A program made the translations under genes and the position numbers. Below are positions 63,988 to 64,000 of a DNA stretch of 64,000 bases, one piece after another. This stretch comes from Chiloscyllium plagiosum (taxonomy: Eukaryota), in assembly GCF_004010195.1 (NCBI RefSeq), contig NC_057718.1, forward strand, positions 100,775,637 through 100,839,636, in the 5' to 3' direction. The notes beneath the pieces are model-generated. The model did not search any database, was not told the DNA's origin, and was given only the letters and a program-made list of their open reading frames with translations. Every line of letters begins with the position of its first letter. Position 1 is the first letter of the stretch.

Positions 63988-64000
63988 TAGATTAGATTAG

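Noticed and set aside
1..64000. CRISPR array or prokaryotic operon
   Set aside because: The repeats are dispersed vertebrate transposons; there is no regular repeat-spacer array or dense coding.

Overview
This is eukaryotic vertebrate DNA. The HE1-like and SacSINE1-like SINEs and CR1-type LINEs point to a cartilaginous fish such as a shark (inference). Two genes diverge from a CpG-rich promoter at about 10.7-11.4 kb. On the + strand are four coding exons (11393-11417, 43569-43631, 47792-47860, 49635-49745) of a MACROD-family macrodomain gene, most likely MACROD2; they read MPKEKKST/DAFDDGIVQLKDISVWREDAK/QIYLKEKLEDKDQDEYPPMKEKT/VEEGEEVPAPKTHKLSENVSLYRGDITKLKIDAIVNA, and the gene continues beyond the window. 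On the - strand are two exons (10586-10670, 1847-1896) of a signal-peptide protein, probably SEL1L2 by synteny and exon phase. The rest is intronic and rich in CR1, L2/CR1-like and Rex/Babar LINE fragments, tRNA-derived SINEs, Tigger-like MITEs and Penelope-like elements. Most ORFs in the supplied track are transposon debris or noise. Three patterns stand out: (i) three Penelope-derived families carry minimal type I hammerhead ribozyme motifs; (ii) several copies form short palindromic insertions with 10-16 bp target duplications and the inversion point at the ribozyme; (iii) 5'-truncated retroelements recur in 'tails-outward' fused pairs. All family names come from recalled motifs, not database searches, and repeat boundaries are approximate.
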